Shown in pieces: positions 7,385 through 8,948 of a stretch of 8,948 nt of DNA. Position numbers and translations under genes: made by a program. Each line of letters begins with the position of its first letter. Positions within the stretch are counted from its first letter, which is position 1. The notes under the pieces are model-generated. The model did not search any database. It was given only the letters and a program-made list of their open reading frames with translations, and was not told the DNA's origin. Origin of the DNA: Octopus sinensis (taxonomy: Eukaryota); assembly GCF_006345805.1 (NCBI RefSeq), contig NW_021828271.1, positions 1-8,948 of the forward strand. The letters run 5' to 3'.

Positions 7385-7530
7385 GTTATCCGTAATAATG
7401 AAGGGTGAAATTAATTAATTTTTACTGAGATCTCCCTTTTTTAGTAGAAGAAATAGCTATAACCCTTTGACTGCTATTTCTAAATTCGGTAGTGGTAAGG
7501 CAATTCGTTGCTAACCCTTTATTGCTTAGT
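7385..7530. mobile_element. Short unclassified repeat embedded in (TA)n, related to the 2356-2555 sequence
   Basis: Head GAAGGGTGAAATTAATTAATT resembles GAGGGCAAAATTAATTAATT (2368-2387). The reverse complement of 7438-7522 resembles 2457-2553 (AAAGGG..TTAG..TAGAAATAGCAG(T/C)CAAA..GCTATTTCT..TACT). Confidence 0.55.
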
Positions 7531-7642
7531 ATATATATATAGATATATATATATATATATATATCTATATATATATATATATATATATATGTAATATATT
7601 ATATATATGTATTAGATATATATATATCTTCTATATATCTAT
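7530..7642. repeat. Degenerate (TA)n microsatellite
   Basis: Direct inspection. Confidence 0.95.
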
Positions 7643-8198
7643 GTCAGGTCACTTTCGAGTGCTACTGGTAACATGTAACCCAGTACAACCTGTTGCATGG
7701 TCGGGTCGTCGGCGACTAAACCGGCAACCCCACCAAGCTTGCTTGGTATGGAAGGTGTTTATTGGACACGCTGTGGGATGAAAAACAAAACCCGTCAATG
7801 GGCGGAGGAACTCTTGAGAGTCGACGGCCAGCCAAGAAATGTCTTAAGGCTGTATCATGCGCGGGGACATAGAAATAATCGGACTGAATACCCGACCACA
7901 CGGTTAAACCATTGGGAGTGAAGGACTCCTAGACTTTGTTAGGGCATCCTTCTAGGATAAGGTAACTCAGGTAACTGGGATAACTTCGACATAAAACCTG
8001 CGGCTCTCAGTGGTTACCGATGATGTTGACTTGTTCTTCTTTTCGGATTATGGTTGCTGTTGCTTAGTGAGAGGGATTGACTCAGTGCACAGCCTTTCCT
8101 CACTTTAAAAGTAATCTTCTTGCACAGGCATTGCACGATAACAACATTGATTAAGCTTCGTGCAATGACCATACTCGATAACGAGGGGGCAGCCACCA
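7643..8198 (+). mobile_element. Non-coding, non-autonomous RTE-LINE-derived element (5'UTR-like body plus short tail)
   Basis: GC-richer ~555-bp island between (TA)n and a (TATC)n tail. GGGCATCCTTCTAGGATAAGGTAACTC..AAACC (7942-7998) resembles, from memory, the conserved RTE 5'UTR motif GGCAACC..CTAGGAGAAGGAAAACTC..AAACC. Many hairpins and no RT/endonuclease ORF. Confidence 0.6.
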
Positions 8199-8200
8199 TA

Positions 8201-8283
<83 letters not shown>

Positions 8284-8370
8284 ATATATATACAACCACA
8301 CACACACCACACATATATATATATATATATATATAATATATAGATATATATATATATATATATATATATA
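8199..8370. repeat. (TATC)n followed by (TA)/(CA) microsatellite
   Basis: Perfect TATC run at about 8201-8280, then TA/CA runs. Confidence 0.95.
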
Positions 8371-8529
8371 GGTTCTGCTCGACAGCTTCCAGATAATCGA
8401 ATCTTATATGCCTTTTGGTTTAAATCAAAAATCTGTCTGAGCCAAACGAGGTATATTTGTTGTGATAACCTCAGATATAGATTGGATGGTTTCCTTTACA
8501 TCCTAGATCTACTTAACTATATCATTGTC

Positions 8530-8880
8530 ATACGGTATATTCGGCTACGTGCGTCATCTTCATTACTGAGAACTGGTAGATCTATTCGCCAAATATTTAA
8601 TCACGGATAATTTGTATGAGTGAAACTCCGTGTAACACAGGAGAAATTCACAAAACGCTTCTCAATGAATACAAGTTTTTCATTATGTATTGAGTGTTCT
8701 TTTCTTCTGAACATAAACATAAACGCCTGTGCCAAGATACAGAAATCAGGATTAAGTTTTTCCAACGCTATATCTGCATCTTTTACCATTGTACATCTTA
8801 TCTATATCGGAGGCTTTCTCAAGATGACGCTATATCCATGTTAACTACGATATACAGATTGCTACGTTGAACCAATACTG
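8530..8880 (-). mobile_element. Possible highly decayed Penelope-like element 3' end (GIY-YIG remnant)
   Basis: Minus strand SIGST*QSVYRS*HGYSVILRKP resembles YIGxTxxxLxxRxxxH. It is followed downstream by a decayed hammerhead-like core AUGAAGA-U-GAC..GCC-GAAU (8563-8539). Weak. Confidence 0.25.
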
Positions 8881-8948
8881 CTTCCGTCGCTGAAAATGAA
8901 TTTTTACTCAGCTCGCCAGCCATTGGCGAGACCGGTCATTTCTGATCA

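Overview
AT-rich, microsatellite-dense eukaryotic (animal) non-coding DNA. The repeat landscape resembles a coleoid cephalopod such as Octopus, but that is inference from recalled repeat types. There is no intact protein-coding gene, and almost all ORFs in the track are simple-repeat artefacts. The window holds: an internally deleted hAT transposon (763-2136; BED finger plus first catalytic Asp), interrupted by a ~310-bp insert carrying a complete minimal Penelope-type hammerhead ribozyme (1273-1318, minus strand); a ~530-bp near-perfect fold-back palindrome (2452-2981); a nearly full-length dead mariner (3004-4247); three tRNA-derived SINE copies; and a non-coding RTE-like element (7643-8198) whose 5' end can fold into a three-way junction with a 7-bp pseudoknot. 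A possible promoter and first exon (GTCACGTGAC E-box, ATG, GTAAGA donor) lies on the minus strand at the left edge. The most interesting signals are the candidate self-cleaving or structured RNAs in non-autonomous retroelements.
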